A stretch of 20,000 nucleotides of DNA from Veleropilina oligotropha (taxonomy: Eukaryota). How positions within the stretch are numbered: position 1 is the first letter of the stretch; each line of letters opens with the position of its first letter. The notes below the pieces were generated by a model. The model ran no database searches. It saw only the letters and a program-made list of their open reading frames with translations, and was not told where the DNA came from. Of this stretch, positions 1 to 11,341 are shown one piece after another. The stretch is from contig JBEUKZ010000097.1 in NCBI GenBank assembly GCA_048128005.1, positions 179,345-199,344 of the forward strand, in the 5' to 3' direction. A program made the translations under genes and the position numbers.

Positions 1-374
1 ATAATGGATGACTGAATGGGGGATTGGGGGTACGCCGAGAGCGGTATGCTGTTACGTCACGTGGTCGTTCGAGACACGCCGAGCACGCTGCGCATGCGCT
101 ACTCATACGCTGGCCATTCGTCGAGAACGCCAGGCACTCGTTGAGCATATGCTCAGATAAGTTATATATAAGTTAATGATACGCTGTACATACGTTGGAC
201 ATACGTTCTGTATACGTTCAGTTCGTTGTGTATACGTTATGTATACGACCAATTCACAACAATCCTGACTTTTTAGGTGCCCGGGTCGACGTGTGCCGGC
301 GTATTGGGGCTTTTCCAAAAAATTGCATTCGCTCGGCATACGTTTATGCTATACGCTCTAGTGTGACAGGGCCA
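1..374. mobile_element. Probable right end of a non-autonomous PIF/Harbinger-like DNA transposon (truncated by window start)
   Basis: CpG-rich segment with many short ATACG/CGTAT repeats, ending in GTGTGACAGGGCC(A) followed by TAA (375-377). This resembles Harbinger-type GGCC... termini with a TWA target duplication. The other end is outside the window, so TIR and TSD cannot be confirmed. Confidence 0.4.
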
Positions 375-377
375 TAA

Positions 378-974
378 AACCCTAAAATAACACATTTCAA
401 GTTTCTACCTCGTTTAGCAAAAATATTTGAAAATAAATACATTTCAACCCGTCTGCGGCGGCCATCTTGGATTTCTCAATTTTTAGGCATTATGGTCCAT
501 TTTTGAGCTGGTCATACAGCAAATTTGAGTTCAGCACCACTCAATACATCTAAAAACCTTGTATGCCATAAATTAACACGATTGTCTTCGGGGTTAATAT
601 TTTTGATATTCAACCCAGTCTATTTAGTAAAAAACATCCAATTTTGCTAAAAATTTCAGTTTCAAGGATTTTAAAAACTTTTTATTTAAAATAGGATAAG
701 GTTTTGGATTCTTCATATACGAAAACCTACAAAAGCACATTTAATTCAGGTTTATACCTTGTTTATTCAAAAAGTTATGCACATAAATACATTTCAATCC
801 GGCAGCAGCGGCCATCTTGGATTTCTCAATTTTGAGGCATTATGGGCCATTTTTGAGCTGGGAATACAACAGATTTGAGTTCAGCACCCCTCAATACATT
901 TAAAAACCCTGTATGCCATAAATTAACACGATTTTCCTCCAAGGTTAATATTTTGGGAAAATTGACCCAGTCTA
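378..974. repeat. Two diverged direct copies (~378-622 and ~722-974, period ~350 bp) of a DNA-transposon-like terminal segment ending ...CCCAGTCTA
   Basis: Both copies share ATAAATACATTTCAA, GCGGCCATCTTGGATTTCTCAATT, TTTGAGTTCAGCACC, GTATGCCATAAATTAACACGATT and ACCCAGTCTA. The ...CTA end is reminiscent of Academ-type TAG...CTA termini, but that family call is weak. Confidence 0.7.
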
Positions 975-1263
975 CATGTATATTTGAAACAATTATAGGT
1001 TAGTATGACATAGTGTAAGGGTTTGTTAGTAAATAGCAAATTTGATATGGTATATTGTCTATAAATTGAACAAATGTCATTACATAAGTGGGACTTACTT
1101 GAAACATCTAATGCACAAGTTGCGAAAGTGACCTGATTTTTTATGAACTGTCATTAGAAAAAATATAGATGTTGAAAATTCCACAAGCGTAGATATAAGT
1201 ATTCAGACTTAAAAATTCATCATAAGTCGATCAAATCTATATGACGTAATCTCACCCAGATCG

Positions 1264-4200
1264 CATTCAGCAACCTTCATTCAGCAGCCTTCATTCAGAT
1301 CTTCATTCAGATCTTAATTCAGCAACCTTTATTCAGATCTTCATTCAGCAACCTTCATTCAGATCTTCTTTCAGCAACCTTCATTCAGATCTTCATTCAG
1401 CAACCTTCATTCAGCAGCCTTCATTCAGCAACCTTCATTCAGCAGCCTTCATTCAGATCATCATTCAGACCTTCATTCAGCAACCTTCATTCAGATCTTC
1501 ATTCAGCAACCTTCATTCAGCAACCTTCATTCAGATCTTCATTCAGCAACCTTCATTCAGACCTTCATTCAGATCTTCATTCAGACCTTCATTCAGCAAC
1601 CTTCATTCAGCAACCTTCATTCAGATCTTCATTCAGCAACCTTCATTCAGACCTTCATTCAGCAACCTTCATTCAGCAGCCTTCATTCAGCAACCTTCAT
1701 TCAGACCTTCATTCAGACCTTCATTCAGCAACCTTCATTCAGATCTTCATTCAGCAACCTTCATTCAGATCTTCATTCAGCAACCTTCATTCAGACCTTC
1801 ATTCACCAACCTTCATTCAGATCTTCATTCAGCAACCTTCATTCAGATCTTCTTTCAGCAACCTTCATTCAGCAACCTTCATTCAGCAACCTTCATTCAG
1901 CAACCTTCATTCAGATCATCATTCAGCAACCTTCATTCAGATCTTCATTCAGCAACCTTCATTCAGCAACCTTCATTCAGATCTTCATTCAGCAACCTTC
2001 ATTCAGACCTTCATTCAGCAACCTTCATTCAGCAGCCTTCATTCAGCAACCTTCATTCAGACCTTCATTCAGCAACCTTCATTCAGCAGCCTTCATTCAG
2101 CAACCTTCATTCAGACCTTCATTCAGCAACCTTCATTCAGCAGCCTTCATTCAGCAACCTTCATTCAGATCTTCATTCAGCAACCTTCATTCAGATCTTC
2201 ATTCAGCAACCTTCATTCAGACCTTCATTCACCAACCTTCATTCAGATCTTCATTCAGCAACCTTCATTCAGATCTTCTTTCAGCAACCTTCATTCAGCA
2301 ACCTTCATTCAGATCATCATTCAGCAACCTTCATTCAGATCTTCATTCACCAACCTTCATTCAGATCTTCTTTCAGCAACCTTCATTCAGCAACCTTCAT
2401 TCAGATCTTCATTCAGATCTTCTTTCAGCAACCTTCATTCAGCAACCTTCATTCAGATCTTCTTTCACCAACCTTCATTCAGATCTTCTTTCAGCAACCT
2501 TCATTCAGCAACCTTCATTCCGATCATCATTCAGCAACCTTCATTCAGATCTTCATTCACCAACCTTCATTCAGCAACCTTCATTCCGATCTTCATTCAG
2601 ATCATCATTCAGCTCTTCATTCAGCAACCTTCATTCAGATCTTCATTCACCAACCTTCATTCAGCAACCTTCATTCCGATCTTCATTCAGATCATCATTC
2701 AGCTCTTCATTCAGCAACCTTCATTCAGATCTTCATTCAGCAACCTTCATTCAGCAACCTTCATTCAGATCTTCATTCAGCAACCTTCATTCAGCAACCT
2801 TCATTCAGATCTTCATTCAGCAACCTTCATTCAGCAACCTTCATTCAGATCTTCATTCAGCAACCTTCATTCCGATCTTCATTCAGATCATCATTCAGCT
2901 CTTCATTCAGCAACCTTCATTCAGATCTTCATTCAGCAACCTTCATTCAGCAACCTTCATTCAGATCTTCATTCAGCAACCTTCATTCAGCAACCGTCAT
3001 TCAGCAACCTTCATTCAGATCATCATTCAGATCATCATTCAGCAACCTTCATTCACCAACCTTCATTCAGATCATCATTCAGCAACCTTCATTCCGATCT
3101 TCATTCCGATCTTCATTCAGCAACCTTCATTCCGATCTTCATTCAGCAACCTTCATTCAGACCTTCATTCAGATCTTCATTCAGATCTTCATTCAGCAAC
3201 CTTCATTCAGATCTTCATTCAGCAACCTTCATTCAGCAACCTTCATTCAGATCTTCATTCAGATCTTCATTCAGCAACCTTCATTCAGATCTTCATTCAG
3301 CAACCTTCATTCTGATCTTCATTCAGCAACCTTTATTCAGATCATCATTCAGCAACCTTCATTCCGATCTTCATTCCGATCTTCATTCAGCAACCTTCAT
3401 TCCGATCTTCATTCAGCAACCTTCATTCAGACCTTCATTCAGATCTTCATTCAGCTCTTCATTCAGCAACCTTCATTCAGACCTTCATTCAGATCATCAT
3501 TCAGCTCTTCATTCAGCAACCTTCATTCAGATCTTCATTCAGCAACCTTCATTCAGCAACCTTCATTCAGATCTTCATTCAGCAACCTTCATTCAGATCT
3601 TCATTCAGCAACCTTCATTCAGATCATCATTCAGCAACCTTCATTCCGATCTTCATTCCGATCTTCATTCAGCAACCTTCATTCCGATCTTCATTCAGCA
3701 ACCTTCATTCAGACCTTCATTCAGATCTTCATTCAGATCTTCATTCAGCAACCTTCATTCAGATCATCATTCAGCAACCTTCATTCAGATCTTCATTCAG
3801 CAACCTTCATTCAGCAACCTTCATTCAGATCTTCATTCAGATCTTCATTCAGCAACCTTCATTCAGATCTTCATTCAGCAACCTTCATTCAGATCTTCAT
3901 TCAGCAACCTTCATTCAGACCTTCATTCAGATCTTCATTCAGCAACCTTCATTCAGATCTTCATTCAGCAACCTTCATTCAGATCTTCATTCAGCAACCT
4001 TCATTCAGACCTTCATTCCGATCTTCATTCAGCAACCTTCATTCCGATCTTCATTCAGCAACCTTCATTCAGACCTTCATTCAGATCTTCATTCAGATCT
4101 TCATTCAGCAACCTTCATTCAGATCATCATTCAGCAACCTTCATTCAGATCTTCATTCAGCAACCTTCATTCAGCAACCTTCATTCAGATCTTCATTCAG

Positions 4201-4284
4201 ATCTTCATTCAGCAACCTTCATTCAGATCTTCATTCAGCAACCTTCATTCAGACCTTCATTCAGATCTTCATTCGGCAACCTTC
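1264..4284. repeat. ~3-kb minisatellite of interspersed 12/14-bp units (TTCATTCAGCAACC, TTCATTCAGATC, TTCATTCAGACC and variants)
   Basis: Read directly. Constant TTCATTCAG core with variable tails; point variants include GCAGCC, CCGATC, CACCAACC, TTCTTTCAG, ATCATTCAG and AGCTC. Confidence 0.98.
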
Positions 4285-4291
4285 CAAGATG

Positions 4292-4983
4292 GCGCAAAAT
4301 CGTGAATTTTACTGTCCTTGTGAGGCGGAAGAAGATTCCATTATTCCCCTGCCCTCTTGGGTTTGAAAACAATGTTATACAGAACCATTACTAAATAATT
4401 TACAAATGATAAATAAGAATAAAAGTGATTTTCATCGGTATATCAGGAACATCCAGAGCAAATCGGGATGGTCGGAAAGTATGTAGCCTTTGTGAAAGTT
4501 TGTCCATATCTCCTTGTGATCCAATGTCACGACCTTGCCGATCAATGGTCACGTGGTCTGATTTGGATGGATTAGGCTCATACCAAGACATCAATATTAT
4601 CGCGAGATATCCCGTTATACCGCGATATTGGGGTTGGGCACCCGACCACCATACTAATCCACCAACCTTTTAGATTGCGAAAAATCATGAATTTACTGTC
4701 CATTATTAATCGGAGCCTCCTGCCCTCTTGAGATAGAAAAGACAAGCTAAGGAGAGAAATGTATGAATAATTTATAAGTGATCAATAAAAAAGAACGTGA
4801 TTTTCATTGGGATAGTGTGATTGTTTATTCATATCTCTGTGATCCAATGTCCTGACCTTTCCGCGCACGACGCCTCCAAAACTAAGATCACCACGTTTAA
4901 ACGTTGGTATGGATGACTTAATATCCTGCATATAGCAACCAATCCGGCTCATACCAATACATGTCAATATTGTCACGAGATAA
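4292..4983. repeat. Old, diverged tandem duplication (~4292-4610 vs ~4677-4983, period ~385 bp)
   Basis: Collinear shared blocks: AAAATCRTGAATTT(T)ACTGTCC, CCTGCCCTCTTG, AATAATTTA, GTGATTTTCAT, CATATCTC..TGTGATCCAATGTC..GACCTT, GGCTCATACCAA, TCAATATT..C.CGAGATA. Confidence 0.75.
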
Positions 4984-5050
4984 CACGGTCCTGGGAAATT
5001 CACCCTCTCTGGTTCGTTATGGACATCTGTGACTGGTAAAAGGAATGCTT

Positions 5051-5512
5051 TGTTGTTTGTATGTTTGTTTATTTATTTGATAAAAGAAAGGCATATACAC
5101 TTACACTTAATTCTATCAGGATAACCAAAGAAAGCTCGAGAGCTTATTTCCATTGGGGTCCTTACACATAAAGACATAACAATACAATACATCATAATAA
5201 TAAAATAACACTAATAGCTTAATATATTGATGCATTTTAGAATAGATTATCGCTATAACAATAAAAAGATAATACAGGCAGCTTAAAATATTGATGCATT
5301 TTAATATAGGCTATTGCTATCACAGTAATAAAATAACACATTAGTTTGAAAATTGGTGTATTTTTGAAATATGTTATTGCCGTCGTGTTAAATAATTATC
5401 GATACTGTCTTTAAATATTTTTTAGCTTCATATTTGAAGGTGGTAAACTTTGAATGGCAGTATAATAAAATGACTTATGGGCTGGACTTCGAATACATGG
5501 TGTAACATAATT
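5051..5512 (-). mobile_element. 3' end of a decayed CR1/L2-group (Crack/Daphne-like) non-LTR retrotransposon, interrupted at 5512 by the nested stack
   Basis: The minus strand from 5512 reads NYVTPCIRSPAHKSFYYTAIQSLPP, then after a frameshift FKYEAKKYLK. This matches the typical LINE ORF2 C-terminal pattern (P...sFyy.a...SLP...FK...k.yL). It is followed by a 3'UTR with GGACCCCAATGGAAATAAGCT..AGCTTTC..GGTTATCC and an AATAAATAAACAAAC-type tail at ~5051-5078. Confidence 0.7.
5200..5385. repeat. ~3 diverged copies of a ~63-bp unit inside the LINE 3'UTR
   Basis: GCTTAATATATTGATGCATTTT (5217), GCTTAAAATATTGATGCATTTT (5281), GTTTGAAAATTGGTGTATTTT (5344). Confidence 0.6.
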
Positions 5513-5570
5513 AGGGCTTCAGCCTTTGAAAAAGGGCTGAAGGCCTATTGTTTTTCAAGGAATTATTATT
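5513..5570 (+). mobile_element. Left end L1 (hairpin + start of TTA microsatellite); its body and right end are not in the window
   Basis: TAGGGCTTCAGCCTTT-GAAA-AAGGGCTGAAGGCCTA, then TTGTTTTTCAAGGAATTATTATT, then element E2. Confidence 0.85.
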
Positions 5571-7065
5571 AGTGCTTCGCAGCTTAAGCGCGAAGCACTA
5601 TTGTTATTGTAGGAATTATTATTATTATTATTATTTATTTTCTCCCCTTTTTCCTTCCAGCTGTAACTCAAAAACTGCTTTGGTCAAGCTTTTCAAACTT
5701 TCAAGAAACATGGGTACAAACGCGAAGCAGTGCATCGCAAAATTTTGACTGTCTAGGAATTGCGGTTTGGCCGCCATTTTGAATATATTAAAACTCTAAA
5801 AAAATCTTCTTCTCAAAAACCGCCAATGACAGCGAGGGAAGACTTTCCAGATATGATTGACGTACTAAGGGGAAGTTAAATTGCAAGCGAAAAATCGATC
5901 GGTCGTAAAAGGAGGCAGCTGCGTGCGTCTGAAGATTGCGGCGCGCATTTAAATAGCGAAATCAATTTAAAATGGCTATATCTTGAAAATGATGCACCGT
6001 AGACCCATGGTTACTATGGGGAGCCTATGGGAAGTCATGGTTGGGCTTTCAAATTTGACCTTGACCTTTGACCTCAGTTGACCTACATTGCAGGAAATGA
6101 CCTAATTAAGGAAAAATGCATATATGTGGGCCTATAGTGCATGAAATGAACTCCTATTGACGTGTGTAGTCAACATTTACCAAATTTACAAGATAAAATT
6201 GAAAAACAGGAAGTGCCTCGACGGCCATTAAAGCTTTTCTATCAACAATGATGCGCCGTGGACACATAGTTACTATGGGGAGCCTATGGGAAGTCATGGT
6301 TGGGCTTTCAATTGTGACCTTGACCTTTGACCTCAGTTGACCTACATTGCGAAAAATGACCTATTTAAGGAAAAATGCATATATGCTTGCCCATAGTGGC
6401 TAAAATGAACTCCTATTGACGTGCGTAGTCGCTATTTACCAAATTTCCAAGATAAAATTAAAAAACAGGAAGTGCCTCGGCGGCCATTAAAGCATTTGTT
6501 AGAAGTGGCAATATATCAACAAGGATGCACCGTGGACACATAGTTACTATGGGGACCCTATGGGAAGTCATGGTTGATCTTTCACATGTGACCTTGACCT
6601 TTGACCTCAGTTGACCTACATTGCAGAAAATGACCTAATTAAGGAAAACGACATATTTTCGCCAGAAAATGGTCAGGAAATGGCAAACTCTGTTAATATT
6701 GATGCTAGAGCTTAGATATTTTAAATTAGGATAATTAAAAAATGCGAAAAAAAAAAATGGCTACCATGACCATTTTGTTCATAACCCATTGCTATGATGT
6801 TATGGAGCTTAGATATTTTAAATTTGGATAATAAAAAAATTCGCATAAAATAAAATGGCCTCCAGATTTTCCTTAAAAAGGCCATAACTCGAGACCGACG
6901 TGGCGTACAGATCTGAAATTTGCGGCATTCGCTCCAGAGTGGCCATATGCATATATTAATAAAATTTAAATGGAAATTTTTATTTTTTTAAATTTCAAAA
7001 AAAAAAAAAATTTATAATTGCTATGATTAGTGCGAAGCACTGTACAGCTGCTTGCAGCTTTAATT
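5571..7065 (+). mobile_element. Complete element E2 (subfamily B, ~1.5 kb)
   Basis: Left subTIR AGTGCTTCGC (5571) forms a hairpin with GCGAAGCACT (5590-5599). The right subTIR GCGAAGCACT (7032-7041) is its exact reverse complement. 3' palindrome at 7046-7059; about 3 internal repeat units. Confidence 0.9.
5975..6650 (+). repeat. Representative array of the ~274-bp internal tandem unit of the A/B elements (2-3 units per element; also ~7727-8190, 9124-9735, 10547-11025, 11804-12265, 12950-13640, 19075-19690)
   Basis: Unit: ACAGGAAGTGCCTCG.CGGCCATTAAAGC...GTTACTATGGGGA.CCTATGGGAAGTCATGG...TGACCTTGACCTTTGACCTCAGTTGACCT...GAACTCCTATTGACGTG. Period 273-274 bp (7732/8006; 19231/19504). Confidence 0.92.
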
Positions 7066-7133
7066 AGGGCTTCGGCCTTGAAAAAGGCCGAAGCCCTATT
7101 GTTTTTCAAGGAATTATTATTATTATTCTTATT
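7066..7133 (+). mobile_element. Left end L3; its body and right end are not in the window (or it is a duplicate of L4)
   Basis: Perfect 15-bp stem TAGGGCTTCGGCCTT-GAAA-AAGGCCGAAGCCCTA followed by the TTA microsatellite. Confidence 0.8.
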
Positions 7134-7186
7134 AGGGCTTCGGCCTTGAAAAAGGCCGAAGCCCTATTGTTTTTCAAGGAATTATT

Positions 7187-8509
7187 AGGGCTTCAGCCTT
7201 TGAAAAAGGGCTGAAGGCATATTGTTTTTCAAGGAATTATTATTATTATTATTCTTATTATTATTATTCTTATTCTTATTCTTATTATTATTTTGTGATT
7301 TTTTGTTCCTTACGTATCTCTGAAACTACAAATGTGATGCATTTCAAAATTCAGAAGTAGACAGGTATAATATGGAACTCGTGTGAAACTGTAAATTTGA
7401 CTGTCTAGGAATTGCGGTTTGGCCGCCATCTTGAATTTTCCAAAAAAATGACCTCTTTTACAAAAATCTTCTTCTCCGAAACCGCTAAACAGATCGAGGC
7501 ACCGATCAGAATATATGATCTTGACAATATGATTAAAAACGTTTGCGCGGGACAAATTCATCGGACATAAAATGAGGCCGCCATCTTGGATTACGTCATA
7601 AACTAGCTTCTTTTCTAACTTTGTTAATATTTAACCTAGCGGGACATGATTTATATATTCGGATATCATAGACGTTGGTCTAAAATGTCATGTGAGTGGA
7701 TTTTTGATTTTTGAAAAAAAAGGCGCAAAAACAGGAAGTGCCTCGACGGCCATTAAAGCTTTTCTTTCAAGTGGCAATATATCAACAAGGATGCGCCGTG
7801 GACACATAGTTACTATGGGGAGCCTATGGGAAGTCATGGTTGGGCTTTCAAATGTGACCTTGACCTTTGACCTCAGTTGACCTACATTGCGAAAAATGAC
7901 CTAATTAAGGAAAAATGCATACATGCTTGCCCATAGTGGCTAAAATGAACTCCTATTGACGTGCGTAGTAGCTATTTACCAAATTTCCAAGATAAAATTA
8001 AAAAACAGGAAGTGCCTCGGCGGCCATTAAAGCATTTGTTAGAAGTGGCAATATATCAACAAGGATGCACCGTGGACACATAGTTACTATGGGGACCCTA
8101 TGGGAAGTCATGGTTGATCTTTCACATGTGACCTTGACCTTTGACCTCAGTTGACCTACATTGCAGAAAATGACCTAATTAAGGAAAACGACATATTTTC
8201 GCCAGAAAATGGTCGGAAAATGGCCAAGTCGGTTAATATTGATGCTAGAGCTTACATATTTTGACATAGGATATTAAAAAAATTCGACAAAAAAAACAAA
8301 ATGGCCGCCACATGATCCTTAAAAAGGCCATACCTCGAGAACGACGTGTCGTACAGACCTGCAAATAGCGGCATTCGATTCAGAGTGTCCATATGTATAA
8401 ATTTAAGGAGAATTTAAGTTGAATTTTTTTTCAAATTTTTAAAAATTTAAAAAAAAATTAAACATTATTATTAGCCTGAAGCCCTGTACAGCTGCTTGCA
8501 GCTTTAATT
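7187..8509 (+). mobile_element. Complete element E5 (subfamily A, ~1.3 kb)
   Basis: Left AGGGCTTCAG / right CTGAAGCCCT (8476-8485); microsatellite ~7235-7290; two ~274-bp internal units (CAGGAAG at 7732 and 8006); 3' palindrome. Confidence 0.9.
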
Positions 8510-8591
8510 AGGGCTTCAGCCTTTGAAAAAGGGCTGAAGGCCTATTGTTTTTCAAGGAATTATTATTATTATTATTATTCTTATTATTATT

Positions 8592-11341
8592 AGGGCTTCA
8601 GCCTTTGAAAAAGGGCTGAAGGCCTATTGTTTTTCAAGGAATTATTATTATTAGGGCTTCGGCCTTGAAAAAGGCCGAAGCCCTATTGTATTGCAAGGAA
8701 TTATTATTATTCTTATTCTTATTATTATTTTGTGATTTTTTGTTCCTTACGTATCTCTGAAACTACAAATGTGATGCATTTCAAAATTCAGAAGTAGACA
8801 GGTATAATATGGAACTCGTGTGAAACTGTAAAATTGACTGTCTAGGAATTGCGGTTTGGCCGCCATCTTGAATTTTCCAAAAAAATGACCTCTTTTCCAA
8901 AAATCTTCTTCTCCGAAACCGCTAAACAGATCGAGGCACCGATCAGAATATATGATCTTGACAATATGATTAAAAAAGTTTGCGCGGGACAAATTCATCG
9001 GACATAAAATGAGGCCGCCATCTTGGATTACGTCATAAACTAGCTTATTTTAGAACTTTGTTAATATTTAACCTAGCGGGACATGATTTGTATATTCGGA
9101 TATCATAGACGCTTGTCTAAAAAATTTGACCTTGACCTTTGACCTCAGTTGACCTACATTGCAGGAAATGACCTAATTAAGGAAAATGCATATATGTGGG
9201 CCTATGGTGCATGAAATGAACTCCTATTGACGTGTGTAGTCAACATTTACCAAATTTACAAGATAAAATTGAAAAACAGGAAGTGCCTCGACGGCCATTA
9301 AAGCATTTGTTAGAAGTGGCAATATATCAACAAGGATGCACCGTGGACACATAGTTACTATGGGGACCCTATGGGAAGTCATGGTTGATCTTTCACATGT
9401 GACCTTAACCTTTGACCTCAGTTGACCTACATTGCGAAAAATGACATAATTAAGGAAAAATGCATATATGCTTGCCCATAGTGGCTAAAATGAACTCCTA
9501 TTGACGTGCGTAGTTGCTATTTACCAAATTTCCAAGATAAAATTAAAAAACAGGAAGTGCCTCGGCGGCCATTAAAGCATTTGTTAGAAGTGGCAATATA
9601 TCAACAAGGATGCACCGTGGACACATAGTTACTATGGGGACCCTATGGGAAGTCATGGTTGATCTTTCACATGTGACCTTGACCTTTGACCTCAGTTGAC
9701 CTACATTGCAGAAAATGACCTAATTAAGGAAAACGACATATTTTCGGCAGAAAATGGTCGGAAAATGGCCAAGTCGGTTAATATTGATGCTAGGGCTTGC
9801 ATATTTTAACATAGGATATTAAAAAAATTCGAAAAAACAAACAAAATGGCTGCCACATGATCCCTAAAAAGGCCATAGCTCGAGAACGACTGTCGTACAG
9901 ACCTGAAAATAGCGGCAGTCGATTCAGAGTGTCCATATGTATAAATTAAGGAAATTTAAGGAGAAAAATTTTTGAAATTTTTTCAAATTGTTTTAAAAAA
10001 AATTAAATTTTTTTTTATTATTATTATTAGTCTGAAGCCCTGTACAGCTGCTTGGCAGCTTTAATTATTATTATTATTATTCTTATTATTATTATTCTTA
10101 TTCTTATTATTATTTTGTGATTTTTTGTTCCTTACGTATCTCTGAAACTACAAATGTGATGCATTTCAAAATTCAGAAGTAGACAGGTATAATATGGAAC
10201 TCGTGTGAAACTGTAAATTTGACTGTCTAGGAATTGCGGTTTGGCCGCCATCTTGAATTTTCCAAAAAAATGACCTCTTTTACAAAAATCTTCTCCGAAA
10301 CCGCTAAACAGATCGAGGCACCGATCAGAATATATGATCTTGACAATATGATTAAAAAAGTTTGCACGGGACAAATTCATCGGACATAAAATGAGGCCGC
10401 CATCTTGGATTACATCATAAACTAGCTTCTTTTCTAACTTTGTTAATATTTAACCTAGCGGGACATGATTTATATATTCGGATATCATAGACGTTGGTCT
10501 AAAATGTCATGTGAGTGGATTTTTGATTTTTGAAAAAAAAAGGCGCAAAAACAGGAAGTGCCTCTACGGCCATTAAAGCTTTTCTTTCAAGTGGCAATAT
10601 ATCAACAAGGATGCACCGTGGACACATAGTTACTATGGGGAGCCTATGGGAAGTCATGGTTGGGCTTTCAAATGTGACCTTGACCTTTGACCTCAGTTGA
10701 CCTACATTGCGAAAAATGACCTAATTAAGGAAAAATGCATACATGCTTGCCTATGGGCATTTTAGCCTATGTGGCTAAAATGAACTCCTATTGACGTGCG
10801 TAGTAGCTATTTACCAAATTTCCAAGATAAAATTAAAAAACAGGAAGTGCCTCGGCGGCCATTAAAGCATTTGTTAGAAGTGGCAATATATCAACAAGGA
10901 TGCACCGTGGACACATAGTTACTATGGGGACCCTATGGGAAGTCATGGTTGATCTTTCACATGTGACCTTGACCTTTGACCTCAGTTGACCTACATTTCA
11001 GAAAATGACCTAATTAAGGAAAACGACATATTTTCGCCAGAAAATGGTCGGAAAATGGCCAAGTCGGTTAATATTGATGCTTACATATTTTGACATAGGA
11101 TATTAAAAAAATTCGACAAAAAAAACAAAATGGCCGCCACATGATCCTTAAAAAGGCCATACCTCGAGAACGACGTGTCGTACAGACCTGCAAATAGCGG
11201 CATTCGATTCAGAGTGTCCATATGTATAAATTTAAGGATAATTTAAGTTGAATTTTTTTCCAAATTTTTAAAAAAAATTTACAAAAAAATTAAACATTAT
11301 TATTAGCCTGAAGCCCTGTACAGCTGCTTGCAGCTTTAATT
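8592..11341 (+). mobile_element. Split element E7 (subfamily A): left end 8592-8652, body and right end 10067-11341
   Basis: Same left-end type, body and right end (CTGAAGCCCT 11308-11317) as intact E5. Confidence 0.75.
8653..10066 (+). mobile_element. Complete element E8 (A-variant, ~1.4 kb)
   Basis: Left hairpin AGGGCTTCGGCCTT-GAAA-AAGGCCGAAGCCCT. Right CTGAAGCCCT (10032-10041) has one mismatch to the left subTIR. The palindrome has a 1-nt insertion (CTTGGCAGCT). About 2.5 internal units. Confidence 0.85.

Noticed and set aside
1320..4284. Long stop-poor reading frames on the + strand of the minisatellite
   Set aside because: Artefact of units lacking TAA/TAG/TGA; there is no start codon, and mixed 12/14-bp units shift frame constantly.
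103..5003. Short ORFs at 103-377 and 4400-5003, and the other 60-107 aa ORFs in the track
   Set aside because: Short, often with non-ATG starts, inside repeats, with no recognisable motifs or splice support.
7066..7235. Stacked hairpin repeats followed by T-rich tracts as a CRISPR array or rho-independent terminators
   Set aside because: The 'spacers' are TTA microsatellite, there are no cas genes, the context is eukaryotic, and the hairpins pair with distal element ends.
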